Of a stretch of DNA of 64,000 nt, positions 1-9,323 are shown piece by piece (position 1 is the stretch's first letter; each line of letters opens with the position of its first letter). The notes beneath the pieces were generated by a model. That model was not told the DNA's origin. It saw only the letters and a program-made list of their open reading frames with translations, and did no database searches. The stretch spans positions 546,631 through 610,630 of the forward strand of contig CBDCNM010000001.1 of the NCBI GenBank assembly GCA_965219385.1, read 5' to 3'. The position numbers and the translations under genes were made by a program. The stretch comes from Candidatus Latescibacterota bacterium (GTDB lineage Bacteria; Latescibacterota; UBA2968; UBA8231).

Positions 1-609
1 CCCTCCGGGCGCCAGCCCGGTGCCGCCCTTTTCCATATGCTCAGGTACAGTATAAGGACCATCGGTGTAGTAGGTAAAGGTGCCGTAGGTCCCCAGCATG
101 TCCGGGGTGCCCATGCCGGAGAAGGCGCGGACACAGCCGCAGGAGATCGGAGAAGAGGGGGGGAAATTGGCCGGAACCTTGAAAATGGTCGAGGGAATAT
201 CGCCGGCGGCCAGGATTTCCCAGAAGGGCCGGCCCCGGCGCAGCAACTCCATCCGGCCAGAGGCGTCCTTGCGCGCGGTGGATAGAAACGGGGCCATGGT
301 CCGCGGATCCCGGTGGACAAAGTCGAAAATTCCGTGGCCCTGGGGATCCAGGCCGGTGATAAAGCTGGACCAGGCCACCGGGCTCTGGGGCGGCATGCTG
401 GTTTGCAGAGGGACAAAACCGCCGCGCCGGGCCAAATCCTGGAAATGAGGCATCCGGCCCGCGGCCATCAAGCCCTCCAGGATCTGCGGGTCCATGCCGT
501 CGATACCCAGCACCAGCAGCCGGTCCGGGGGCGGCTCGGGCTGGCAGCTCCAGGTCCACAGGAGGAAGCCGATCAGGGCAATGGAAAGGGGCGGTCTAGT
601 TGGTTTCAT
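1..609 (-). CDS. Alkaline phosphatase superfamily (nucleotide pyrophosphatase/phosphodiesterase-type) protein, 5' part; runs off the window
   Basis: Not in the ORF track. Manual translation from the ATG at 609 gives MKPTRPPLSIALIGFLLWTWSCQPEPPPDRLLVLGIDGMDP...LQTSMPPQSPVAWSSFITGLDPQGHGIFDF (metal-binding IDG and nucleophile region; possible lipoprotein Cys). Overlaps the stop of the upstream paralog. Confidence 0.85.
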   Translation of the reverse strand, partial: MKPTRPPLSIALIGFLLWTWSCQPEPPPDRLLVLGIDGMDPQILEGLMAAGRMPHFQDLARRGGFVPLQTSMPPQSPVAWSSFITGLDPQGHGIFDFVHRDPRTMAPFLSTARKDASGRMELLRRGRPFWEILAAGDIPSTIFKVPANFPPSSPISCGCVRAFSGMGTPDMLGTYGTFTYYTDGPYTVPEHMEKGGTGLAPGG

Positions 610-2746
610 CCTGCTCGGTGGGGGCCGCGAACAAATCCCTGCCCTGCATATAGGAGGGAGGATCCACCCCGAAGAGGCGCAGGATGGAAGGGGGCAGGTC
701 CAGTAGGGCGGGGTCGGAAACCTCGATCTTGCGGTTGCAGAAAAACACCCCTGGTACCAGGCGCGGGTCCACGCAGTGATCGCCGCTCCAGTGCCGGGTA
801 TTGTCTTCAAAAACCTTCTCTGTGGCCTTGCCGCTGGCCCCGCTCCAGGCGGCGCGGTACCCGGCATTGTAGCCGATCAATAAATCCGGACCCTCATCAA
901 TATAGGGACCGCTGAAACAAGCCTGGGTGTCCCAGGCTTTATTGATGGCGACCTGTCCTTTTTCCCGGTCCATCAGGCCGCTGAGTTTCTCGCACAATTC
1001 GGCCTTGAGTTGGCGAAGTTCAGGGCCCGGCTCGACAATCCCGGCGGCTTCCCGTCCCCGGAGGTTGACAAACAGTCCGGTGAGGCCCAGGGCAAAGGCC
1101 CGGGTGCGGCTCCAGTCGACCCCCTCCAGCCACTCGCCGCTCTGCGCGCGGTCGTCGCGCAAGAAAAGGTAGCCGTTCTGGTGCAGCCAGGTATTGAGGT
1201 TGACGCCTCTTTTGAAGGAGCAAAAGCCGTGGTCGGAGATCACCATGAGGATGGTGCGGGGATCCTCGATCTGGGCCAGGGTGCGGCTCACCAGATCGTC
1301 CATGCGGGCGTACATATCGGGGATGACCCCGGCCCAACCTTCGACTTCTTTGCCCTGGTTGGCCGGGTGGGTGGGGTCGAGGGTGCGGAAGAACATGTGC
1401 TGGATGCGGTCAGGGCCGTCGAAGACGCATGCGGTCAGGCCTTTTCGGGTTTTTTCGAGGGCGTGGAAGAACATGGCTTCGCGCTCGGCGTGGAGCAGGT
1501 AGGCCTGGTCGAGAAAGGCCTGCTCGTCGATGATGCCGGCATTCAGGGCGTCGGTGTCCTCGGCCAGACCCAGGGTGGCGAACGGTCCCAGCCGCCGGCA
1601 CAGGTAGGGCGCATAGGAGCCGGGGCGGGAAAGCGGCAGGCTAGGGTGGGCAGGATCGATCTGGATGGGGGTAATGTAGAGCTTGAAAGGCTCGGCTTCG
1701 AGCAGGTAGAAGCGGCACAGGCCGCGCAGGCGGATGCCCGGAGCGGGCCTGAAATAAAGCTCCACCCAGGGGGTATACACCTTCTTCCGCAGGGCTATTT
1801 TTCGGTCTCCAAAAACCAGGGTGGCCGTGTCGGTGGCGGGATCTGCTTCTATGGCCAGGTCCAGCTCCAGGATCCGTCCATCCTGGCGCAGGGGGTTGGG
1901 GGGACCGGGTATCCTGGCCCGGGCTCTGCCCTCGACCAGCTCGAGGTGTATGGTCCGGCCCTGGGGCTGGTCTTGTGGGGCCGGCTCGCCGGTGAGATAA
2001 GTGAACTCGCCCTGGGTGCCCCGCAGATCCGGGACACACATGCCCGAAAGCAGGATGCCGTTGAACCTTTCGGCCGGAAAGGTGATGGGCACCCGGATGA
2101 TCGAGCTGAAAATGTGGTGGTCTCCCAGCACCTTCCAGAAAGGCCGGCTGCGGCGCAAATTCTGGATGTGCGCCTTGCCCAGGGGGAGCCGCCATGGACC
2201 CAGTGGCAGGGTTTTTGAAGGCGGCTGGATCCGGGCCGAGGAGAGCACGGGCTGGTAGGTGCGGGGATCCCGGGTGATAAAGTCGTAAATGTGGTGCCTG
2301 GACGCATCCACTCCCGTCTGGAAGGCCGACCAAGCCGCCGGGGTAATGGCCGGCAGGGTGGTGCGCAGGGGGCTGAATATTCCCTGCGCGGCGAGCTTTT
2401 TAAAACCGGGCAGACTCCCCTCCTCCATCCAGCGGGCCACCAGTCCGGGATCCAGGCCGTCCAGACCGATCACCACCACCCGGTCGGCGCGGGCTTTCCC
2501 ACTGGTTTTCTTGCGGCGCCACCCGATCAGGAGGAAGCGCAGGGGCAGGATCAGGAGGCCGAGGGCCGCGAGGATGAGCACCACAAAGGTCCACAAACCG
2601 CCGGCCAGGGCAAACCCGGCCCCGGGGCCGACATAGCCTGCAGCTGCGGAGGGGGCGAGGTAGGTCGCTCCCAACAGCGCAAAGCACAGCGGTTCGGGTC
2701 GCGGAGCCAGACCGCACGACAGGGCTGGGGTGCTACACTTCTCCAT
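596..2746 (-). CDS. Type I phosphodiesterase/nucleotide pyrophosphatase family protein (AP superfamily), membrane-anchored
   Basis: VVVIGLDGLD, TTLPAITPAAWSAFQTG, DRIQH, VISDHGF and SGDH motifs; N-terminal YVGPGAG followed by a TM helix. Confidence 0.88.
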   Translation of the reverse strand: MEKCSTPALSCGLAPRPEPLCFALLGATYLAPSAAAGYVGPGAGFALAGGLWTFVVLILAALGLLILPLRFLLIGWRRKKTSGKARADRVVVIGLDGLDPGLVARWMEEGSLPGFKKLAAQGIFSPLRTTLPAITPAAWSAFQTGVDASRHHIYDFITRDPRTYQPVLSSARIQPPSKTLPLGPWRLPLGKAHIQNLRRSRPFWKVLGDHHIFSSIIRVPITFPAERFNGILLSGMCVPDLRGTQGEFTYLTGEPAPQDQPQGRTIHLELVEGRARARIPGPPNPLRQDGRILELDLAIEADPATDTATLVFGDRKIALRKKVYTPWVELYFRPAPGIRLRGLCRFYLLEAEPFKLYITPIQIDPAHPSLPLSRPGSYAPYLCRRLGPFATLGLAEDTDALNAGIIDEQAFLDQAYLLHAEREAMFFHALEKTRKGLTACVFDGPDRIQHMFFRTLDPTHPANQGKEVEGWAGVIPDMYARMDDLVSRTLAQIEDPRTILMVISDHGFCSFKRGVNLNTWLHQNGYLFLRDDRAQSGEWLEGVDWSRTRAFALGLTGLFVNLRGREAAGIVEPGPELRQLKAELCEKLSGLMDREKGQVAINKAWDTQACFSGPYIDEGPDLLIGYNAGYRAAWSGASGKATEKVFEDNTRHWSGDHCVDPRLVPGVFFCNRKIEVSDPALLDLPPSILRLFGVDPPSYMQGRDLFAAPTEQDETN

Positions 2747-3014
2747 AATGTATGAACCCAGGATGTGTGTGAAACCGATTCAAGAAGTCTTAATTCCGTC
2801 GACAGGGTCTATATTATGATACGCTCAAAAAGCACCGGTGGTCAATCCCTTCCGGCCTCAGCCCATTATATTCAAGTTCCTTTATGTACTGATTCTTTTC
2901 CCTTTGCAACGAAGGCAAGAGGCATTATCATTACTGGTGCTTTTCCTGCGGATCCCACGCGGGTGGCGCCTTGATCAGAGGCTGAGTAGACCACGCCATT
3001 CAAGGAGGTTCCGA

Positions 3015-6000
3015 ATGAACAAACGGTTGTGCGTCCTCGTCGCTTTCGCCGCTCTTTTCGCGCCCTCGGGTATGGCAAATGCCTACGATCCCCTCCCGTA
3101 CTACAGCGCTGAAAACCAGCAGTACAATACGGTTTCCGAATCCTATATCACCCCGCACCTGAAGTGGGCAAAGCCCTACCTGGGCGGACGGGCGCGGGTG
3201 CTGGTCGTGGCCCCGAGGTGGGGCCTGCGCGAGGTGGTTGAATTGACTCAGCGCCTGGACCTGGATGCCACGGCTTTTGCGGTGGCGACGACCAAAGAGA
3301 TGGGGGTGGGGCAGGCCTACCCCGGCAGCGATGAGGTGTGGGAGGGGTTGGGATACCACGAGCGCAACCACGCCTTCGACGAGATCAGTGCCCAGGATTG
3401 GGACGCGGTTATCGTCGCCGGCTTGTCTCAGCGGATGCTGCCGCGGATCTCCGCAACCCATCTTTTCGACCGGATCAGAGACGAAGGCATGGGCCTCCTA
3501 GTGATGCCCGAGCAGAGTTTCAGGATCGTGAAAACCGTGCTCACCCACCACGATCCCGCGGCGCGGGATCGCATATTGAAGCCCATCCCCATCGAAGATA
3601 TCCCCGTTATGCAGGAGATCCGGCGGGACAGCATGCTGGTCGTCGCCCAGTTCGGCAAAGGCCGGGTGGCGCATCTGCGCTTCGGAGGGGGAAGGCGGGG
3701 TTGTTTTGCGGCGGATGCCACCGATCCGGTGGATTTCGAGTACAGCCTGGCCCTGGTGGCCCGCACCTTGATGTGGGTGACGGGGAGGGAGCCGGAGGCG
3801 GAAATCACCAGGGTTGAGTGGAAAGAGCATGTCGCCGTCTCCGATGCCGCCGAAATCAACTTCGCAGTCGAAGGAAACAATGTCCGTGGCCTGACGCCCC
3901 GGGTGGATATCCTGCGTCCGGGCCAGCACCACCTTTCCGAGGCCGTGGTCGTCGAGAATCTCTCCAGTGAAAAAACGGACGGGGGCTATAGATGCACCCT
4001 GCCCCCCCTGTCGGAGGGTGCTTATTTCTTTAATATCCGTCTGGGTGCGGAAACGGCGCAGGCCACCTGGTACTCCGGGGCCTTCACCGTAGAGGCGAAC
4101 GCGGGGATCGATTCCGTCTCCACGGAACGGGAATTTTACAGGAGAGGCGAGGTGGTCCGTGGGCAGGTGCATTTGCGCGGAACACCGCCCCAAGGTTCGA
4201 GGGTGGCGCTGAGTCTGGTGGACGGCTTTGGCCGGCTCGTGGAGCGGAAAAACCTCGCGGTGGATTCCAATCCTGTCGAATTCGATCTCGCGCTCGAAGA
4301 TGTCCTCCACAACGCCTTAAAAATAAAGGCCGAGTTGACGGTTGATGGCACCGTGGTCTCCGGCAAAAAACGCGAGATATTCGCTCCGTCGCGGAAAAAG
4401 CAGGACGACTACATGTTCGTCATGTGGGGATGGGGTTCGGGCAGTGGGAACCGCGTCACCGAGTTGATCAATCAGCGCATGTGGAGTGATTTCCACGTCG
4501 ATGCCGTGGATCTGGGGGTCAATGAAAATAGCCTGCGCGCCCTCATGCGGGCGAATCTCAGGCCCCTGCCCTACATCACGCGCTATGCCTACAACGGCGG
4601 GGAACCGACGGATCTGGCGCCGGTTCGGGTCCCCTCGCTCACGGATCCCGAATGGCGCCAGAAGGAGAAGGAGGCGCTGCAGAAGAAAGCCCGCCTGGCG
4701 CGCGATTTCTCGGTCGTGGGGTATACCCTCGGGGACGAGAACTACGTGTCCGACTACTCCTACAGGCCCAGAGGGTTCGACGTGGATTTTCACCCCTCCA
4801 GTCTGGCGAGTTTCCGGATCTTTCTCCAGGAAAAGTACAGCACCCTAAAGCGGTTGAACCAGGTCTGGGGCACTGAGTTCGCCTCCTGGGAGGACGTCGC
4901 GCCGATCCTGCAGGCCGAAGCCCTGCGCTCCGGGCAGTACGCCCGCTGGATCGACCACCGACTGCACATGGAATACGTCTTTGCCGAGATCCACCAGTGG
5001 GCCGGGGATGTAATCCGCGAAGTGGATCCGGGAGCGCGGGTCGGCTTCGACGGCACCAGCGCCTCGAACTCGTTCCACGGCTACGACTTCTACCAGCTCC
5101 TCCAGGTGAACCAGGTCCAGAATGTGTACGATCGCCGCGACCAGCGCGAGTTGCTGCGTTCCTTCGCTTCAAAGGAAACCCTCACGGGTATCTGGCTGGG
5201 CGCGTACTGGGCGCATCGCTCCGAGGACCAGCAGCGGCATTTCCCCTGGCTCACGCTGCTGCACGGCATGAACAGCTGCTGGTACTGGCGGCTCTATGGC
5301 GATACCTCCTACGGCAATGTCATGGAAGCCCTCGCTCCGGATATCACCCCTTCCTTCCATTTCCAGTGGGCCCTCGAAGAGATCGAGGAGCTCAAATCCG
5401 GCATCGGCAAGCTGCTGATCCACTCCGAGCGCCTGCACGACGGCATTGCCGTGCATTACTCCCCTGCGAGCCTGCACGCCTCCAGTCTGGACCAAGCCAT
5501 GTCCTACGTGCCCTTTGCGCAGGCCAATTTTGCCAGCCTGATCGAGGACGCCGGTTTCCAGTACGAATTCGTGGCCACGCCCCAGATCGAGGAGGGCATC
5601 CTCGCTTCGGGGGAGTACCGAATCCTGGTACTGCCCTGTTCCCAGGTGATCTCCGCAAAGGAGGCGCAGGCCATCCGCGGTTTTGCCGAGCAGGGCGGCC
5701 TCGTCCTGGCCGATGTGCGGCCGGGCTTTTTGGATCACTTCGGCAACCGGGCCGCTCAGGGTACCCTGGACGACCTCTTCGGCATTGGCCGGGTGGAGGG
5801 GGGCCGAATGGAACCGGTGGATCTGTCGGTTGCCGCAAGGATAGAGGGAGCATCCACCCACATCTTCATCCCGGATCGCGCCTTGGACGGGGCCATCACC
5901 GCGACCGGCGGCAAGGCCCTGGTATCCAGCCAGGGCGCGCCTGCCATCGTGGTGAACCGCTACGGCAAAGGCCACGGCGTGCTCTTCAACTTCGACCTGT

Positions 6001-6686
6001 CCGATTACTCCGGCACCCAGATGATTCCGGTCGTCTTTCCGCTGCCCATGCAGGGGAACCTGAGGGAACGGGGCAAAGACGATGGCCTGCGGGACCTGGT
6101 GCGTTCGTGCTTCCGCCTGGTGGATGTAGAGCCGCCGCTCTTTCTGGATACCGGTTCGGGCGAACTCAAAGCCACCGAGACCACGCTCTTCGCCAGTGGC
6201 CAGAACCGCTACCTGGGGATCCTGCGCAACCACCTGGTGGAGAATCTGGATCCGCAGAAAAGCCGGATTCACCTGCCGGCCCGGCAGCATGTGTACGACG
6301 CCCGCAAGGGGATATATTACGGGGAGATCGACCAGGTTTCCACCGAGGTCAGTCCGGCTCGCGCCCTAATCTTCTCCCTGCTGCCCTATCGGGTGGAAGG
6401 GATGGAGTTGAAAACCGCCCGCAGCGTTAGCAGGGGAGAGCGGGTTGCTGTTTCTGTGAGCTTGCGAACCGCCGGAGGCAAGCCCGGGCAACACGTCGTC
6501 CACCTCCGCTTCCGCGATGCGGAGGGCCGGGAAAGGCCCGAACTCAGGCGGAATATCATGGTCCGTGCGGGGAAGGGGAGGGCGAGCCTGCCTCTGGCCT
6601 TGAACGATCCGGTCGGTACCTGGACCCTCACTGCCAGGGACGCGGCCACCGGCAAGATGGGGGAGGCGGTTTTTAGGGTGAAGTAG
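3015..6686 (+). CDS. Secreted GH42-like glycoside hydrolase with beta-galactosidase trimerisation-like domain (paralog 1)
   Basis: AAGGAGG RBS before ATG 3015; signal peptide; YTLGDEN; FLQEKYSTLKRLNQVWGT (GH42-like); YRILVLP...FAEQGGLVLADVRPG (trimerisation/GATase-like); C-terminal Ig-like domain. Confidence 0.75.
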   Translation: MNKRLCVLVAFAALFAPSGMANAYDPLPYYSAENQQYNTVSESYITPHLKWAKPYLGGRARVLVVAPRWGLREVVELTQRLDLDATAFAVATTKEMGVGQAYPGSDEVWEGLGYHERNHAFDEISAQDWDAVIVAGLSQRMLPRISATHLFDRIRDEGMGLLVMPEQSFRIVKTVLTHHDPAARDRILKPIPIEDIPVMQEIRRDSMLVVAQFGKGRVAHLRFGGGRRGCFAADATDPVDFEYSLALVARTLMWVTGREPEAEITRVEWKEHVAVSDAAEINFAVEGNNVRGLTPRVDILRPGQHHLSEAVVVENLSSEKTDGGYRCTLPPLSEGAYFFNIRLGAETAQATWYSGAFTVEANAGIDSVSTEREFYRRGEVVRGQVHLRGTPPQGSRVALSLVDGFGRLVERKNLAVDSNPVEFDLALEDVLHNALKIKAELTVDGTVVSGKKREIFAPSRKKQDDYMFVMWGWGSGSGNRVTELINQRMWSDFHVDAVDLGVNENSLRALMRANLRPLPYITRYAYNGGEPTDLAPVRVPSLTDPEWRQKEKEALQKKARLARDFSVVGYTLGDENYVSDYSYRPRGFDVDFHPSSLASFRIFLQEKYSTLKRLNQVWGTEFASWEDVAPILQAEALRSGQYARWIDHRLHMEYVFAEIHQWAGDVIREVDPGARVGFDGTSASNSFHGYDFYQLLQVNQVQNVYDRRDQRELLRSFASKETLTGIWLGAYWAHRSEDQQRHFPWLTLLHGMNSCWYWRLYGDTSYGNVMEALAPDITPSFHFQWALEEIEELKSGIGKLLIHSERLHDGIAVHYSPASLHASSLDQAMSYVPFAQANFASLIEDAGFQYEFVATPQIEEGILASGEYRILVLPCSQVISAKEAQAIRGFAEQGGLVLADVRPGFLDHFGNRAAQGTLDDLFGIGRVEGGRMEPVDLSVAARIEGASTHIFIPDRALDGAITATGGKALVSSQGAPAIVVNRYGKGHGVLFNFDLSDYSGTQMIPVVFPLPMQGNLRERGKDDGLRDLVRSCFRLVDVEPPLFLDTGSGELKATETTLFASGQNRYLGILRNHLVENLDPQKSRIHLPARQHVYDARKGIYYGEIDQVSTEVSPARALIFSLLPYRVEGMELKTARSVSRGERVAVSVSLRTAGGKPGQHVVHLRFRDAEGRERPELRRNIMVRAGKGRASLPLALNDPVGTWTLTARDAATGKMGEAVFRVK

Positions 6687-6724
6687 GGTTAACGAAAGAG
6701 CTTCTAAATCCGGGAGGGATAGAT

Positions 6725-9274
6725 ATGTTGTGGTCTGCAGAGTGGTTTTCAGCTGAGTTTATCGCAGGGTTGGCGTTATTGCTGGTTGTGGTGGGTACGG
6801 TGCGCGCTCAGGACGGGGTTTCATTCGAGTTGGCTGCCAGGGGGAAGAGCCGCTACGCAATCGTACTCGCAGCGCAAGCTTCGCCGTCGGAACGGCACGC
6901 GGCGGACGAATTGCAGCACTTCGTCCAGCTCGCCACCGGGGCCCGCCTGCCCATCGTGGACGAAGGCACCGCCCGGGCCCAGCACCCCCCCCGCCTCTTC
7001 GTCGGCGCCGGCGAGTTGGTCCGCAGTCTTCCGACAGACCCGGTCGCCTGGGAGGGCCTGGGGGACGAGGAGTACATCCTGCGCACCGTGGGCCCGGCCC
7101 CGGCGCCCGACCTGGTGATCGCCGGGGGCCGGCGGCGGGGTACTTTGTACGGGGTCTACACCCTGCTCGACCGGCTCGGTTTCCGCTGGTACACCAACCG
7201 CAAGACCTGGTATCCGGAGGGTGGGGTGCTGCACCTGGAGCCCCTCCACGAGCAAGGCGCGCCGGCCTTCATGTATCGCGAGCCGTACATCCACGAGGGC
7301 TTCGACGGGGACTGGGCCGCGCGCAACCGGGTCAATTCCATGAGCGCCGGGCTGGACGAGGCCCGTGGCGGCAGGGTTGGGGTGCTGGGGGTGCACACCT
7401 TTAGCAGTTTGATTCCCTACTCGCTCTACGAGGAGCACCCGGAGTATTTTCCGCTCATCGGGGGGGAGCGGGTCACCGGGTATGTGCAGCGGTGCCTGAC
7501 CAACCAGGAGGTGGTGGACATCGCCGCGGCGAACCTGATCGAGTGGATGGACAAAAATCCGCAGGGGGTGTTCTTTTCTTTGAGTCAGGAGGACACTGAG
7601 AATCTGTGCGAGTGCATTCCCTGTACCCGTAAGATGGAAGAGGAGGAGTCGCCCATGGGGCTCTACCTTGATTTTGTCAACCAGGTGGCCGAGCAGGTCG
7701 AGGTGGTGCACCCGGACAAGTATGTGAGCACCCTGGCCTACTGGTTCACGGAGAAGCCGCCCCGGACGGTACGGCCGCGCGCCAATGTGTTCATCCGGCT
7801 CTGTCCGATCAGCATTTGCGTATCGCACCCTTTCACCCAGTGCATCGAGGAGCCCTCCCGGAGCTTCGACCGCTACCTGCGGGCCTGGTCGGAGATCACC
7901 GACCGGATCATCATCTGGCACTACAACACCAACTTCACCAACCTGCCCATGCCGTTTCCCAACTTCGCGGAGTTCACCGAGGACATCAAGACCTACCACC
8001 AGAGTGGGGTGCGCGGGATCTTCTTCCAGGGCTCGGCCCACGGGCCGGGTGGTGGGGATGCGGACCTGCGGGCCTGGGTCATGGCCCGGCTGTTGTGGGA
8101 GCCGCACCAGGACGCGGATGGGCTGGTGGAGGAGTGGCTGCGCGGGGTCTACGGTGGGGCCTACCAGCCCATGCGGACCTATTACGACCTGATCCACCAG
8201 CAGGTAGCCGCGGCAGACCGCCATCTGCACATTTTTGAGCCGGTGACCCGCAAGCGGTGGTCCGATCAGGTGGTGGCGCAGATGGAGGCTTTGCACCAGG
8301 AGGCGCTGGCGCTGGCGGCCGGCGACGAGACCGCCCTCTACTACGTGCGCAAGAATCATCTGGCGGTGCAGTTCGTGCACTACGTGCTCAACACCGGCCG
8401 GCTGGAGGTGGCCGACGGGGTTTATCGGCCGGTGGGCAATGCCATGACAGCTGAGGACCACGACCGCTTGGAGGAAGTGATGAAGGAATTCGAGGTCCGT
8501 GCCATCCGCGAGGAATCGCGTGATTCGGACCTTCACACCCTCCTGCGCCAGCGGGTCGAGACCCACCCGGTGGTCGCGCTGGAGAACCCGGACCTGCGGC
8601 TGGAGGTGGTGCCCGAGCTGGGGGGGCGGATCGTCGGACTGATTCACAAAAAGACTGGGGCGAATCTGCTGCATCAACTCGGGCCTGAGGAAAATTACTA
8701 CCCGGTGGAGGGCGGGTACGCAGAGTCGACGGCCGATACCTGGGGCTGTACCGGGTTTGCCAATCCGTACGAGGCTCAGCTGGACGGGAGGACCCTGAAG
8801 CTCTCCACCGTGTCCAAGGGCCTGCGTTTCGAACGCACCATAGCCCTGTCCGCAGAGGGCGCGAAGATCGACTTCTTCTCGTCCATCACCAATCAGAACG
8901 AGGAGAAGACCACCTACCGGCTGTTGTGCAAGATCTACCTGCGGGCCGATCCAGGGCAAATAGTCCTCGCGGCCCGCGCCGCCGATGGTTCCTTTGTCCG
9001 GCCGACCGCTTCGGAGGAGAAAAAGGAGGCCTTCAGGTCGGAGATGACCTACCGGTACGACGGCGATAACAAACCGGCCGGGGCCTGGCGGCTTGAACGC
9101 ATAGCCGGGGGATTTACCGTCGAAAATACCTTCTCCGCGGAGCAGGTCGAGGCCTGCAATCTGAGCACCTCGACCGAGGAGGGCTGGGCGCGCATGGAGA
9201 TCCAGACCGCCGAACGCGAGGTGCCGCCGGGCGCCACCATAGCCCTTGATCACACCTGGGAAGTGCGCCAGTAG
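6725..9274 (+). CDS. DUF4838 domain-containing secreted protein (putative glycoside hydrolase), copy A
   Basis: Signal peptide; GH67/GH20-N-like start (ERHAADELQ...GTLYGVYTLLDRLGFRW); HPEYFPLIGGER, CECIPC, TLAY and ARLLWEP motifs typical of DUF4838. Confidence 0.8.
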   Translation: MLWSAEWFSAEFIAGLALLLVVVGTVRAQDGVSFELAARGKSRYAIVLAAQASPSERHAADELQHFVQLATGARLPIVDEGTARAQHPPRLFVGAGELVRSLPTDPVAWEGLGDEEYILRTVGPAPAPDLVIAGGRRRGTLYGVYTLLDRLGFRWYTNRKTWYPEGGVLHLEPLHEQGAPAFMYREPYIHEGFDGDWAARNRVNSMSAGLDEARGGRVGVLGVHTFSSLIPYSLYEEHPEYFPLIGGERVTGYVQRCLTNQEVVDIAAANLIEWMDKNPQGVFFSLSQEDTENLCECIPCTRKMEEEESPMGLYLDFVNQVAEQVEVVHPDKYVSTLAYWFTEKPPRTVRPRANVFIRLCPISICVSHPFTQCIEEPSRSFDRYLRAWSEITDRIIIWHYNTNFTNLPMPFPNFAEFTEDIKTYHQSGVRGIFFQGSAHGPGGGDADLRAWVMARLLWEPHQDADGLVEEWLRGVYGGAYQPMRTYYDLIHQQVAAADRHLHIFEPVTRKRWSDQVVAQMEALHQEALALAAGDETALYYVRKNHLAVQFVHYVLNTGRLEVADGVYRPVGNAMTAEDHDRLEEVMKEFEVRAIREESRDSDLHTLLRQRVETHPVVALENPDLRLEVVPELGGRIVGLIHKKTGANLLHQLGPEENYYPVEGGYAESTADTWGCTGFANPYEAQLDGRTLKLSTVSKGLRFERTIALSAEGAKIDFFSSITNQNEEKTTYRLLCKIYLRADPGQIVLAARAADGSFVRPTASEEKKEAFRSEMTYRYDGDNKPAGAWRLERIAGGFTVENTFSAEQVEACNLSTSTEEGWARMEIQTAEREVPPGATIALDHTWEVRQ

Positions 9275-9323
9275 CGCAGGGGCCTACCGACTCGGTGTGC
9301 AAGCGATACGAGGAGAGACGAAT

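Noticed and set aside
41..559. 172-aa minus-strand ORF in the track
   Set aside because: Wrong frame; the real gene starts at 609 and carries AP-superfamily motifs.
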